Source: Erysipelotrichaceae bacterium (GTDB lineage Bacteria > Bacillota_I > Bacilli_A > Erysipelotrichales > Erysipelotrichaceae). From it: 64,000 bases of DNA. Positions 29,205 through 38,212 of the stretch are shown here, one piece after another; positions within the stretch are counted from its first letter, which is position 1, and every line of letters begins with the position of its first letter. The notes below the pieces were generated by a model. The model searched no databases, was not told where the DNA came from, and saw only the letters and a list, made by a program, of their open reading frames with translations. The DNA is taken from positions 145,380 to 209,379 of the forward strand of contig JAFRKA010000016.1 in assembly GCA_017432005.1 (NCBI GenBank), read 5' to 3'. The translations under genes and the position numbers were made by a program.

Positions 29205-29920
29205 TCTACATAATGTCTGATATCCATGGTCTGTATTCAAGATATACGGCCATGCTGAAAAAGATCGATCTTCAGGATGAAGATAAACTGTATGTGCTCG
29301 GTGATGTGATCGATAGAGGACCGCAGAGTTTTGAGATACTCGAAGACATCATGAACAGAAAGAATACGGAAATGTTTTTGGGTAACCATGAACACATGAT
29401 GCTGACATATCTGGAAGGATCGGATACGGAGAGCTGGTTCTATGCCCAGAATGGCGGTAAAGAGACTTATCAGAAGTTCATGGGTTTCTCAGAAGAAAAA
29501 CAGAAGGCGATCACTGATTATCTGAAATATGATACGACGATCATCCGTCACCTGAATGTCAACGGTCATCATTATGTACTGTCACATACATCTGCTTTGA
29601 CGGATATCGGTGATATGTTTACGAAAGACTATGCGGACAATTTGATGTATGTCCAGAACATCGTCTGGAACATGCTTTATGATTCCGTCGACAGTATCCC
29701 TTCAAAGGAAAAGAGCCCTGAGGAGATCATCCTGATCTCCGGTCATATCATCACCAGAAGACTGGCTGAAAGTGATGAGGTCTTTATCAGGAAATATCCT
29801 AACAATTACACCTGGATGGATATCGACTGCGGCTGTGCAGTCGGAGGCAGTTTCGGTTATCTCTCCTGTGTAGAGATAAATGATGAAGGCGTCATCAGCA
29901 ATATCCACTATGTAAAATAA
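29201..29920 (+). CDS. Metallophosphoesterase (PPP-family Ser/Thr phosphatase-like)
   Basis: SDIHG, GDVIDRGP and GNHE motifs. Confidence 0.8.
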   Translation: MIYIMSDIHGLYSRYTAMLKKIDLQDEDKLYVLGDVIDRGPQSFEILEDIMNRKNTEMFLGNHEHMMLTYLEGSDTESWFYAQNGGKETYQKFMGFSEEKQKAITDYLKYDTTIIRHLNVNGHHYVLSHTSALTDIGDMFTKDYADNLMYVQNIVWNMLYDSVDSIPSKEKSPEEIILISGHIITRRLAESDEVFIRKYPNNYTWMDIDCGCAVGGSFGYLSCVEINDEGVISNIHYVK

Positions 29921-29942
29921 AGAGATATCCGTGGATATCTCT
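29921..29942. terminator. Bidirectional hairpin between convergent genes
   Basis: AGAGATATCC-gt-GGATATCTCT perfect inverted repeat flanked by A/T-rich sequence. Confidence 0.6.
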
Positions 29943-30781
29943 TATAATGTTTTTCTGAATTCCTTTACAACATCCATGAATTCTTTGACCCTGTTAAGAT
30001 CGACAGGGTTTTCAAATTTGCCGTCGACCTTGAAGGTCGTAGCACAGACGGCTCCGTCTGAAGCGGACAATTGTCTTACGATATTGTCTTTGTTGCAGCC
30101 GGTATTGCAGAAGATCGGTGTCTTCTTTACGGCATTCTTGACCTGGGTCAGGACCTGAGTATCGGTCTCTGATCCGGCTGTCAGACCTGATACACAGATG
30201 GCATCAGGACGGCAGTTGAATTCTGTGGTCTTGGCGATCTGGGCTATATCGCGCTCAGCCAGATATTTGGCTGCTTCCGGAACGATGTTGTAGAGCATCT
30301 TTACATTGTCGGCACCGATTCTGTGTCTGTGTCTGGCTGTCTTGCCCGGATCTGTATCCCAGATGCCGAAGTCGGAAGCATAGACACCGGAGATGATCTC
30401 TCTGATGAACTTGCCGTCAACAGCTTTGGCGACATCCAGAGAAGAGATCGGATCCCACAGACAGTTTACACCGTAAGGGATCGTAAGTTCATCTTTGACC
30501 TGGCCGATCACATAAGCCATGGCTGCCAGGGTTATCGGTTCCATCTTTGTCAGATAAGGAAGCGAATATTCATTGGAAAACATGATGCCGTCGACTCCGC
30601 CTTCCTGCAGAGCCTTTACATCTTTTCTGGCACAGTCAACTACTTTCTGTATCCCGCCTTCCTCATCAAAATAGGGATCACCGGGCAGAGGCTGCAGGTG
30701 ACACATTGCGATGATAGGTTTCTTTACCTTGAAGAGTTCTTCCAGCCAGTTACTGGTATCTGCGTAAAAATCTAAAGCCAT
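29942..30781 (-). CDS. BtpA/SgcQ family protein
   Basis: KPIIAMCHLQPLPGDP...VDGIMFSNE pattern of a BtpA/SgcQ TIM-barrel protein. Size of 279 aa fits. Confidence 0.7.
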   Translation of the reverse strand: MALDFYADTSNWLEELFKVKKPIIAMCHLQPLPGDPYFDEEGGIQKVVDCARKDVKALQEGGVDGIMFSNEYSLPYLTKMEPITLAAMAYVIGQVKDELTIPYGVNCLWDPISSLDVAKAVDGKFIREIISGVYASDFGIWDTDPGKTARHRHRIGADNVKMLYNIVPEAAKYLAERDIAQIAKTTEFNCRPDAICVSGLTAGSETDTQVLTQVKNAVKKTPIFCNTGCNKDNIVRQLSASDGAVCATTFKVDGKFENPVDLNRVKEFMDVVKEFRKTL

Positions 30782-30907
30782 AGTAGACGCCTCCTTGTAC
30801 CACGTTAATGATAATATGATGTTTTTTGTTTTTTCAATCAGTTTTATATCAATGAACAGGTTTTTTAGGGAAAAATATCATAAAATAAAGACAGGAGATA
30901 AAACGCT

Positions 30908-31723
30908 ATGGACAATAATGAACTCAAGAAACATGCGCTAAATATCCGTCGCAATATCGTCACGATGGTATATAATGCGCAATCCGGTCATCCGGGAGGA
31001 TCTTTAGGCTGTGCCGATATCCTCACCTACCTCTATTTTGAGGAAATGAATATCACCAAAGACAATGTCGCTGGCAAGAACAGAGATAAATTCGTTCTGT
31101 CCAAGGGACACTGTTCTCCGGCTTTATATGCCGTGCTTCATGAAGCAGGACTCATGGATGAAGATCTGAACAGCTTCAGACAGATCGATTCCAAACTGCA
31201 GGGCCATCCTAATATGAACTATGTTGACGGTGTCGATATGTCTACCGGTTCTTTAGGCCAGGGCATTTCCTGCGGCGTCGGTATGGCTATCGCCAACAAG
31301 CTCGACAAGAACGACAACAGAGTCTATGTACTGTGCGGTGATGGTGAATCAGAGGAAGGTATCGTCTGGGAAGCCCTGATGGCTGCCTGCCACTACAAAC
31401 TGGACAATCTCTGCGTTATTTTCGATCTCAACCATCTGCAGATCGATGGCGATGTCGAAGATGTCGTCGGACCGTTACCGTTATTTGACAAGGCCAAAGC
31501 TTTCAATGCGAACACCATTGAATGTGACGGTCATGATTTTGATTCCATCAGGAAAGCCTTCGCTACTGCAAGGCAGACTAAAGGTGTACCGACTGTGATC
31601 GTCGCCAATACGACCAAGGGCAAGGGTGTATCCTTCATGGAAAACAACTATGCATGGCACGGTGCAGCACCGAAGGAAGAAGAATACAAGATCGCAATGG
31701 AAGATCTCAAGGAGGTTGACTAA
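30908..31723 (+). CDS. Transketolase, N-terminal subunit
   Basis: GHPGGSLG, SKGHCSPALYA and GDGESEEG (ThDP-binding) motifs, in the split-tkt arrangement. Confidence 0.9.
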   Translation: MDNNELKKHALNIRRNIVTMVYNAQSGHPGGSLGCADILTYLYFEEMNITKDNVAGKNRDKFVLSKGHCSPALYAVLHEAGLMDEDLNSFRQIDSKLQGHPNMNYVDGVDMSTGSLGQGISCGVGMAIANKLDKNDNRVYVLCGDGESEEGIVWEALMAACHYKLDNLCVIFDLNHLQIDGDVEDVVGPLPLFDKAKAFNANTIECDGHDFDSIRKAFATARQTKGVPTVIVANTTKGKGVSFMENNYAWHGAAPKEEEYKIAMEDLKEVD

Positions 31724-32631
31724 TGGCTCAGGAGACCAGGAACGCCTATGGCGAGAAGATAGCTGAACTTATACAGAAAGATGAAAATATCGTCGTTTTG
31801 GATGCCGACCTGACCAAATCGACCAAGACGATCGAAGCCAAGAAAGTCTGTCCGGAAAGACACTTCAATGCGGGTATCGCTGAATGCAACATGATGGGTA
31901 TGGCTGCCGGACTGGCTGCTTCAGGAAAGACGGTCTTTGCCTCATCATTTGCTGTTTTTGCGACCGGCAGAGCCTTTGAGATCATCAGAAACTCCATCTG
32001 TTATCCGAAGCTCAATGTCAAAGTCTGTGCTACTCACGCCGGACTGGCGGTAGGTGAAGACGGTGCTTCCCACCAGTCAGTCGAAGATGTAGCCATCATG
32101 AGAGTACTGCCGAACATGAAAGTCTTTGTTCCGTGTGATCAGTACGAGACCAAAGCTGTCATTGAATACGTAGCTAAACTGAACGGTCCGTGCTATGTCA
32201 GACTGGGCCGAGGCAAGGTCGAAGATGTCTATAACGAAGATACCGTATTCGATCTGACCAAGGCTGATGTCTTAAGAAAAGGAAATGGTGATGTCGTACT
32301 GTTTGCGATGGGTCTGATGGTCCAGGAAGCTCTTAAAGCTGCTGAAGAACTGGATGCGACTGTCATCAATGTTTCTTCGATCAAACCGCTGGATGAAGAG
32401 ACGATCCTCAAGGAACTCAAGGCTCACAAACGTGCCTACACCTGTGAGGAACACTCCATCATCGGTGGTCTGTATTCGGCGATCGCTGAAGCTAAAGCCA
32501 AGACTGATATCACTGTTCCGATCACACCGATCGGTGTCAACGACACGTTTGGTGAATCAGGAAAGATGAAAGACGTCTTAAAGAAATACGGGCTTACAGC
32601 TGAACACATCCTGGAAGTCGTAAAAGGATAA
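31723..32631 (+). CDS. Transketolase, C-terminal subunit
   Basis: FNAGIAECNMMGMAAGLA and GEDGASHQ motifs. Its start abuts the stop of the N-terminal subunit gene. Confidence 0.9.
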   Translation: MAQETRNAYGEKIAELIQKDENIVVLDADLTKSTKTIEAKKVCPERHFNAGIAECNMMGMAAGLAASGKTVFASSFAVFATGRAFEIIRNSICYPKLNVKVCATHAGLAVGEDGASHQSVEDVAIMRVLPNMKVFVPCDQYETKAVIEYVAKLNGPCYVRLGRGKVEDVYNEDTVFDLTKADVLRKGNGDVVLFAMGLMVQEALKAAEELDATVINVSSIKPLDEETILKELKAHKRAYTCEEHSIIGGLYSAIAEAKAKTDITVPITPIGVNDTFGESGKMKDVLKKYGLTAEHILEVVKG

Positions 32632-32636
32632 GCATA

Positions 32637-32669
32637 AAGGAAGAGCACTGAAAAGTGCTTTTCCTTTTG
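32637..32669. terminator. Intrinsic terminator (between convergent genes)
   Basis: AAGGAAGAGCACT-gaa-AAGTGCTTTTCCTT imperfect long stem followed by TT. Confidence 0.75.
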
Positions 32670-32695
32670 ATCATATTATTATGAATGATTCTGAA

Positions 32696-33307
32696 TTAAT
32701 TTGTTGCTTCCTTCTGGGCTTTGAGTGAGTCCTCATAAGTCTGAAGGATAAGTCCATTATTGATGTAGGCGTTCAGGTATTTAGGCTTGAGCGCTTTTTC
32801 ATAGTCATCGACCAGTACTTTGTATTCCGGAATGGAGGTGATGATCACATTCGGAATGATGAGACATTCATCTTCTTTTCCTTCGATGTAGGTGACATAG
32901 ACATATCCTGAAGGAATGGATGTCTGATGCGTGGAGAATTTCTCGATGATCGTCGTATCGATCTTCTTCATGTCGTTGTCATAGACTTCGGCATTAAGTT
33001 TCCAGTAGACATGATTAACGAGTTTTGCATCTCTGGCGAATCTGACGAATGTTCCGTCTTTAATTTTAGCCAGGGCAACATCACCGTTGGATACAGCTTT
33101 CTTGATCAGATTCCTGTCGGCATTGAGATCATAATATGAGTAGCAGGTCGACAGCAGGAAGATGAACAGAACGAAAGCCGTGATGACAGGCACTTTATGA
33201 TCGGCCCATTGTTCTCTGAACATCACCAGCAGGACGATACAGACGATGTCGGCGATGACGACCAGCGTAAGTAACAGTGTTGATTTTTTATATAGTTTAA
33301 GTTGCAT
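32696..33307 (-). CDS. Hypothetical membrane protein (2 N-terminal TM segments)
   Basis: ORF of 203 aa with two hydrophobic helices and then a soluble domain. No motif recognised. Confidence 0.5.
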   Translation of the reverse strand: MQLKLYKKSTLLLTLVVIADIVCIVLLVMFREQWADHKVPVITAFVLFIFLLSTCYSYYDLNADRNLIKKAVSNGDVALAKIKDGTFVRFARDAKLVNHVYWKLNAEVYDNDMKKIDTTIIEKFSTHQTSIPSGYVYVTYIEGKEDECLIIPNVIITSIPEYKVLVDDYEKALKPKYLNAYINNGLILQTYEDSLKAQKEATN

Positions 33308-33350
33308 GTTTCTTTCCTCTACAGAAAGAATTTTATCATTATTTGTTTGA

Positions 33351-33390
33351 TTATGTGAATTATGTGAAGATTGTGTGAAAATTGTTGAAA
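33351..33390 (+). repeat. Four phased direct repeats TT(A/G)TGTGAA
   Basis: TTATGTGAA (33351), TTATGTGAA (33360), TTGTGTGAA (33371) and TTGTTGAAA (33382), spaced 9-11 bp apart. They lie immediately upstream of the PTS operon promoter region. Confidence 0.6.
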
Positions 33391-33401
33391 GCGCTTTTAC
33401 A
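33386..33401 (+). promoter_or_regulatory. cre-like site (CcpA operator candidate) upstream of PTS IIC
   Basis: TGAAAGCGCTTTTACA compared with the cre consensus TGWAANCGNTNWCA. There is one extra or mismatched T in the right arm. Confidence 0.45.
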
Positions 33402-33440
33402 TTGTACTAGAATTGAAGTATAAGGAGGTTCATAAATTAT

Positions 33441-34163
33441 ATGAGCAATTTAATGTTAGGTATAATTCTGGGTCTTTGGTCAGGTGTGGCTATGGTCCTG
33501 GACTTATCCGGTTTAGGCGTTCGTACTCCTATAATTACAGGACTTTTAGCTGGTCTTTGCTGCGGTAACACAGCAATGGGCTTACAGGTCGGCTCTGTCA
33601 TGCTGATCAACAGCTTAGGTTTCTATACTTATGGTGGTGCAACGATTCCTGACTTCATCACGGGTTCTATTTTCGGAACAGTCGTTGGTGCAAAGACAGG
33701 TAATGTTGATGCAGGTATCGTTGTAGCTCAGGGTATTGCGCTTCTGATGTCTGAAATGGATATCTTAGGCCGTGCTGCTACTACAGTATTCCAGCACATG
33801 GGCGAAGCTGCTTTAGCAAAGAACGATATCAAGAAGTTCGAGTTAGATACTCTCTTAGGCGTTCTTCCTTGGGCTCTTTCAAGAATGCTTCCAGTTGTAC
33901 TGGGCATGGTTCTGATTGACAACGTTGTAGCATTAACCAACTTCGCTACAAGCATTGAGTGGATCGCAAACGGCTTAAGAGTCGTTGGTAAGGTCTTACC
34001 GGCTGTCGGTTTCGCTTTACTGCTTTCCTACATGGATCTCAAGAAATACTGGCCATTCTTCATTATCGGCTTCGTTCTTTACGCTTATGCCGGTATGGGT
34101 ACAGTAGCTCTTGCACTGGTTGGTTTAGCTGCTGCTAGTTTCTTCGTAGGAGGTACTGAATAA
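33441..34163 (+). CDS. PTS mannose/fructose/sorbose-family EIIC
   Basis: 240-aa polytopic membrane protein directly followed by an EIID gene. AAGGAGG RBS. Confidence 0.8.
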   Translation: MSNLMLGIILGLWSGVAMVLDLSGLGVRTPIITGLLAGLCCGNTAMGLQVGSVMLINSLGFYTYGGATIPDFITGSIFGTVVGAKTGNVDAGIVVAQGIALLMSEMDILGRAATTVFQHMGEAALAKNDIKKFELDTLLGVLPWALSRMLPVVLGMVLIDNVVALTNFATSIEWIANGLRVVGKVLPAVGFALLLSYMDLKKYWPFFIIGFVLYAYAGMGTVALALVGLAAASFFVGGTE

Positions 34164-34978
34164 TGTCTAAAAAATTATCTCAAGCCGCTTTAAAAAAGGC
34201 ATGTAACAGACACAACTGGGCATTACAGTGGTGCTGGAACTATGAAAAGATGCAGGCTGCTGGCTATGCATACGCAATGGTTCCTGTAATCAAAGAATTA
34301 TATGATGGTGAAGAAGAACAGTGCCGTCAGCTTGAAAGACACATGCAGTTCTACAACACTCACCCAGGTTCATCAGCACTTATCGCTGGTGCCGGTGTTG
34401 CTCTTGAAGAAGGCGGACAGCCTGAAGTTCACGACAGCCTGAAGGTTGCCCTGATGGGTCCTTTAGCTGGTATCGGTGATACTATCCAGGCCGTTCTGGT
34501 TACTCCTCCATTCAACATCATCGCTGCTGGTCTTGCTAACGAAGGTTCAGCAATTGGAGCTATCTTGGCTTCAACTCTCCCTGTCTTAGCATTATTCATC
34601 CTCAGATGGCCGTTATTCAACTATGGCTACAAGCAGGGTGCTAACGTTATCAACGATGTATCAGGCGCTGGTACAATTGATAAACTGCAGGTTGGTGCAA
34701 ACATCCTCGGCGTTACCGTAATGGGTGGCTTCGTTCCTTCAATGATCGGTGCTACATTACCTGTTAAATTAGGTTCTGACCTGACAATTGATGGTGCTAC
34801 TGTTGAAGCTAAGACATTACAGGAAGTCTTAGATGCAATCTTCCCATGCCTCGTTCCACTTGCTCTGACATTCGGCTGCTACTACCTGATCAAGTATAAG
34901 AAGATGTCTCCACTTAATGTCATTCTTATCCTCTTCGTAGTTGCATTCGTATTAGGTGCTCTCGGCTGGATGGCATAA
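34163..34978 (+). CDS. PTS mannose/fructose/sorbose-family EIID
   Basis: N-terminus ...RHNWALQWCWNYEKMQAAGYAYAMVP and MQFYNTHP are typical EIID signatures. Confidence 0.88.
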   Translation: MSKKLSQAALKKACNRHNWALQWCWNYEKMQAAGYAYAMVPVIKELYDGEEEQCRQLERHMQFYNTHPGSSALIAGAGVALEEGGQPEVHDSLKVALMGPLAGIGDTIQAVLVTPPFNIIAAGLANEGSAIGAILASTLPVLALFILRWPLFNYGYKQGANVINDVSGAGTIDKLQVGANILGVTVMGGFVPSMIGATLPVKLGSDLTIDGATVEAKTLQEVLDAIFPCLVPLALTFGCYYLIKYKKMSPLNVILILFVVAFVLGALGWMA

Positions 34979-35001
34979 TCTAAAAGGCTAGTTAGATTAA
35001 G

Positions 35002-35038
35002 GAAACGCAGGTTTTGAAACCTGCGTTTCTTTTCGTTT
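35002..35038 (+). terminator. Strong hairpin/terminator between EIID and EIIB
   Basis: GAAACGCAGGTTT-tg-AAACCTGCGTTTC (13-bp perfect arms) followed by TTTTCGTTT. Confidence 0.8.
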
Positions 35039-35046
35039 ATGCTTGA

Positions 35047-35060
35047 TGTAAGCGCTTTGA
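35047..35060 (+). promoter_or_regulatory. cre-like site upstream of EIIB
   Basis: TGTAAGCGCTTTGA compared with TGWAANCGNTNWCA (one mismatch, at position 13). Confidence 0.4.
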
Positions 35061-35103
35061 GAAGTGCTATAATTATTTATAGAAATATGGAGGAAATCAT
35101 TTA

Positions 35104-35589
35104 ATGATCACACATTTACGAATTGACAACAGGCTGATTCACGGTCAGGTAGCTGTAACATGGATGAACTCTATCGGTGCTGACAAGATCATCGTCTGCA
35201 ACGACAAAGTCGCTGCTGATCCTATCCAGAAGATGGCTTTACCGATGGCCGCCAGAGGAAATACAGTTTATGTATTCTCAGTCGATGAAACTATCCAGTA
35301 TGCAAAGGATCATCCGGATGAGACGATGTTCGTAATCGCCAAATTCCCAAGTGATGCTCTGCAGATTCTTGAATCAGGTGTTGAAGTAAAGGATGTCAAC
35401 GTCGGTAATGCTGCTCCTATTCAGGGTACTACATACAAGATGGTCACCAAGTCTATCGCTGTTACTGAAGAAGATGCCAAGGCTTATCGCAGAATTGCTG
35501 AACTCAGAGGCGGTGTCCTCACCAGCAGACTGACCACCATGAACGAGACGGAAAACTTCCTTGAACTGCTGACAAAGAACGGTCTGTAA
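35104..35589 (+). CDS. PTS mannose/sorbose-family EIIB
   Basis: MITHLRIDNRLIHGQVAVTW contains the phospho-His motif of man-type EIIB. Confidence 0.88.
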   Translation: MITHLRIDNRLIHGQVAVTWMNSIGADKIIVCNDKVAADPIQKMALPMAARGNTVYVFSVDETIQYAKDHPDETMFVIAKFPSDALQILESGVEVKDVNVGNAAPIQGTTYKMVTKSIAVTEEDAKAYRRIAELRGGVLTSRLTTMNETENFLELLTKNGL

Positions 35590-35611
35590 AATTTCCATAA
35601 ACATTATTGAG

Positions 35612-35638
35612 AAAAAGAGCTTCGGCTCTTTTTCTTTC
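35612..35638 (+). terminator. Intrinsic terminator after EIIB
   Basis: AAGAGC-ttcg-GCTCTT stem followed by TTTCTTTC. Confidence 0.75.
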
Positions 35639-35651
35639 TGTCTGTGTTAAA

Positions 35652-36191
35652 ATGATAAAGATGGAAAAAAATGAAACATTGGAATACAGACCGGTCGAAG
35701 AAGTGAAGCCGGAAGGAAATTTCCTCAAGGCGGTCTGTTTCAAACCAAAGATGGCTCCGATCATCTGTATCGCTATCGGTATTGCGATGCTGCTCGTACC
35801 GAATACATTGGTCAGACTGCTGGGTCTTTTCTTTATTGCAATGTCAGTGGCGGTGATCGTACTGGTCGCTGATCACAAGGTAGTCGATATTTTTGATAAG
35901 GGCGTCATGGTCTATGGTGACAATGAAAACAAGACAGCTCTGTTCATTCCTTTTGAGGATATAAAGGAATGGAGCGTCAAACACGAAGAAGGTCATGATG
36001 TGATCATGTTCGACCTGGGAGATGATCGCAAGATCTACAAGGATTCATTCGAAGCCGACACAGTCTTCAGGACACTGAACAAACTGATCAGAGAGAAGGA
36101 ATCAAATTACATCAAGGTCCAGAAAGCCAGAGAAAAATCGCTTTCGATACCTGATGCTCTGAGAAACATTAAAAAGAGTTTTAAAAAGTGA
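35652..36191 (+). CDS. Hypothetical membrane protein
   Basis: Two TM helices followed by a soluble domain. I moved the start downstream of the terminator that lies inside ORF 35607..36191. The start codon is uncertain (35652 or 35661). Confidence 0.45.
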   Translation: MIKMEKNETLEYRPVEEVKPEGNFLKAVCFKPKMAPIICIAIGIAMLLVPNTLVRLLGLFFIAMSVAVIVLVADHKVVDIFDKGVMVYGDNENKTALFIPFEDIKEWSVKHEEGHDVIMFDLGDDRKIYKDSFEADTVFRTLNKLIREKESNYIKVQKAREKSLSIPDALRNIKKSFKK

Positions 36192-36208
36192 GTTTGAACT
36201 CACTTTTT
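36183..36208. terminator. Bidirectional terminator
   Basis: AAAAAGTGAGTT-tg-AACTCACTTTTT perfect palindrome overlapping the stops of both convergent genes. Confidence 0.8.
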
Positions 36209-37373
36209 ATATCGTCTTCAGTGTTTCAATGATCCTTTCCTTACTGTCTTTCGTAAGTGTATCGGTAAACATCTCATAGGTGATATATTCAAAATCGATC
36301 GGCAGCACATACGGACCGTAGCCGTTGGAGTAACTGATCAGGATCTCCTTATCAAGATCGATATAGTTCATGTAATGAGAGAAGATCTCATTAGGGAAGA
36401 AGATGATCTTCACACTGCCGGTATCCAGGGCAACGATCATTGCTTCTTCGATCAGTTTGCCGAAGATCATGTTGTTGGAACTCTCGAGCTTGGCTCTTTC
36501 GATCTGACCCAGTCTGATCGTTTCTTTCTCCCTTTCACTGAGATCGCTTCTGATCTTAGAAAGATCGATCGGTGTGAATTCATGTTTAAAGCTGATCGGC
36601 ACTGATTTGTATTTCAGTGACAGCGGAGTCCTTTCGGCAGGAGTATCGATAAGGGAGATGATCTGATCATACAGCCTGTCTCCCAGTTCTTTCAGGGCAT
36701 CGTAGTCCTGACCCGAGCGGACGAAACGGGAGGATATATCACCGGCAGCTCCCTGCATGAAGGTGAAGTCGGTTTCAGGATATGTATCTTCCAGCCTTTT
36801 CAGGACATAGCCCGGATATTCAGCTGAGAAATATGGAACATTGGCATCCAGGATCGTCGGATGGCAGTTGTTGCAGACGATCGTGAGGAAGTTGTTTTCT
36901 TTTTCAAAGAATCTCACGAGACACAGATATTCGTTGCCGGTCTCATAGCCGGAGATCCTCGATTTGCCGACCGCATTGGTATGCAGACGCTGATAGGAAG
37001 TTGTAATATCTGAGATGTCACGGTATTCCATTTTGACCGTCTCTTTGACCAGCAGATCATAAAGATAATTCACATATTCAGGATCACGAACGCTGTTGGC
37101 ATAATGGGTATGCGTTGCACTGGTTATGACACGGATCCTGTCATCCTGATAGTATTCACGGAAAACTTTTTCCAGCATGTTCCGATGTTCAAGATCGAAG
37201 GCCAGCAGATCGAAGGAAAAATGAATGATCCAGTTCTCTTCATCTGCCAGGGCAAAGACCCGCGCATAAAGATGATCGTGGTATTCAAACAGTTTTTCTG
37301 TCTGACAGGAGTGACCGCACTGCGTGGTCGGGAAAGGTGATTCGATATTGATCTTCGTAAATGAGTATTTCAT
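36207..37373 (-). CDS. Hypothetical hydrolase (weak neutral-ceramidase-like motifs)
   Basis: 388 aa with SATHTHYA and GAAGDISSR motifs that remind me of the neutral/alkaline ceramidase N-domain. No signal peptide. The functional call is weak. Confidence 0.55.
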   Translation of the reverse strand: MKYSFTKINIESPFPTTQCGHSCQTEKLFEYHDHLYARVFALADEENWIIHFSFDLLAFDLEHRNMLEKVFREYYQDDRIRVITSATHTHYANSVRDPEYVNYLYDLLVKETVKMEYRDISDITTSYQRLHTNAVGKSRISGYETGNEYLCLVRFFEKENNFLTIVCNNCHPTILDANVPYFSAEYPGYVLKRLEDTYPETDFTFMQGAAGDISSRFVRSGQDYDALKELGDRLYDQIISLIDTPAERTPLSLKYKSVPISFKHEFTPIDLSKIRSDLSEREKETIRLGQIERAKLESSNNMIFGKLIEEAMIVALDTGSVKIIFFPNEIFSHYMNYIDLDKEILISYSNGYGPYVLPIDFEYITYEMFTDTLTKDSKERIIETLKTI

Positions 37374-38155
37374 TGATCCTCCTTGATCAGTCCGAAATGG
37401 ATCAGTCCGTTATACAGACCGTCTTCATCTATATCATCAGTGACGTAGTCAGCTGCTTCTTTGACAAAATCGGGGCTGTTGCCCATGGCAACACCGATGC
37501 CGCAGTGTTTGAGCATTGCGATATCATTGTCTCCGTCACCGAAACAGATCGTTTCTTCTCTTGTGATGCCGTAATGATCACAGACTGCCTCGATGCCTGA
37601 GACCTTGGACATGCCTTTAGGTACGACATCGAGTGCACCCTGATGCCAGATGGTGACTTCAGCGATATCTTTGAGATCAAGGATCTCTTTGGGCATATCT
37701 TCACCTTTGAAGAAAGCGGAAGCCATGTAGATAGGTTCATCACAGTATTCACCGACTGGCGGTACTTCAGAAGACACCGCATCTTGAACATGTTTTACGA
37801 TCTCATCACAGTAGTTGAGGATGACTTTATGCGGGGTCGAGAAGTAGATCGGGAAACGCTTTTCATTGAAGTATCTGAGCAGTGTCTCTTTCAGCTGCCC
37901 ATCGATGACTTTTTCATAGATCTTGTTGCCTTTGGAATCAAAGGCTACCAGACCGTTGCTCAGGATCATGCCGTCGACTTCTATCTCACTCATGTCGAAC
38001 TGATCTAGTTCGACCAGAGCTCTGCCGCTGCATAAAAAGGAAAGAATACCGTTTTCTTTCAGTTTCTTTAATGCATTAAGAGCGGATCTTGGAAAGGAGA
38101 GCGTCTGATGTGAATAGAGGGTCCCGTCAAAATCCAGAAAGACGATCCTGATCAT
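37370..38155 (-). CDS. Cof-type HAD-IIB phosphatase
   Basis: FLDFDGTLY (motif I) and GDGDNDIAMLKHCGIGVAMGNS (motif IV). Confidence 0.88.
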   Translation of the reverse strand: MIRIVFLDFDGTLYSHQTLSFPRSALNALKKLKENGILSFLCSGRALVELDQFDMSEIEVDGMILSNGLVAFDSKGNKIYEKVIDGQLKETLLRYFNEKRFPIYFSTPHKVILNYCDEIVKHVQDAVSSEVPPVGEYCDEPIYMASAFFKGEDMPKEILDLKDIAEVTIWHQGALDVVPKGMSKVSGIEAVCDHYGITREETICFGDGDNDIAMLKHCGIGVAMGNSPDFVKEAADYVTDDIDEDGLYNGLIHFGLIKEDQ

Positions 38156-38212
38156 TGTTTTCCATCCACATTATAACATCTGCGTTATTGTATAATGAAA
38201 GCAGGAGACGAC

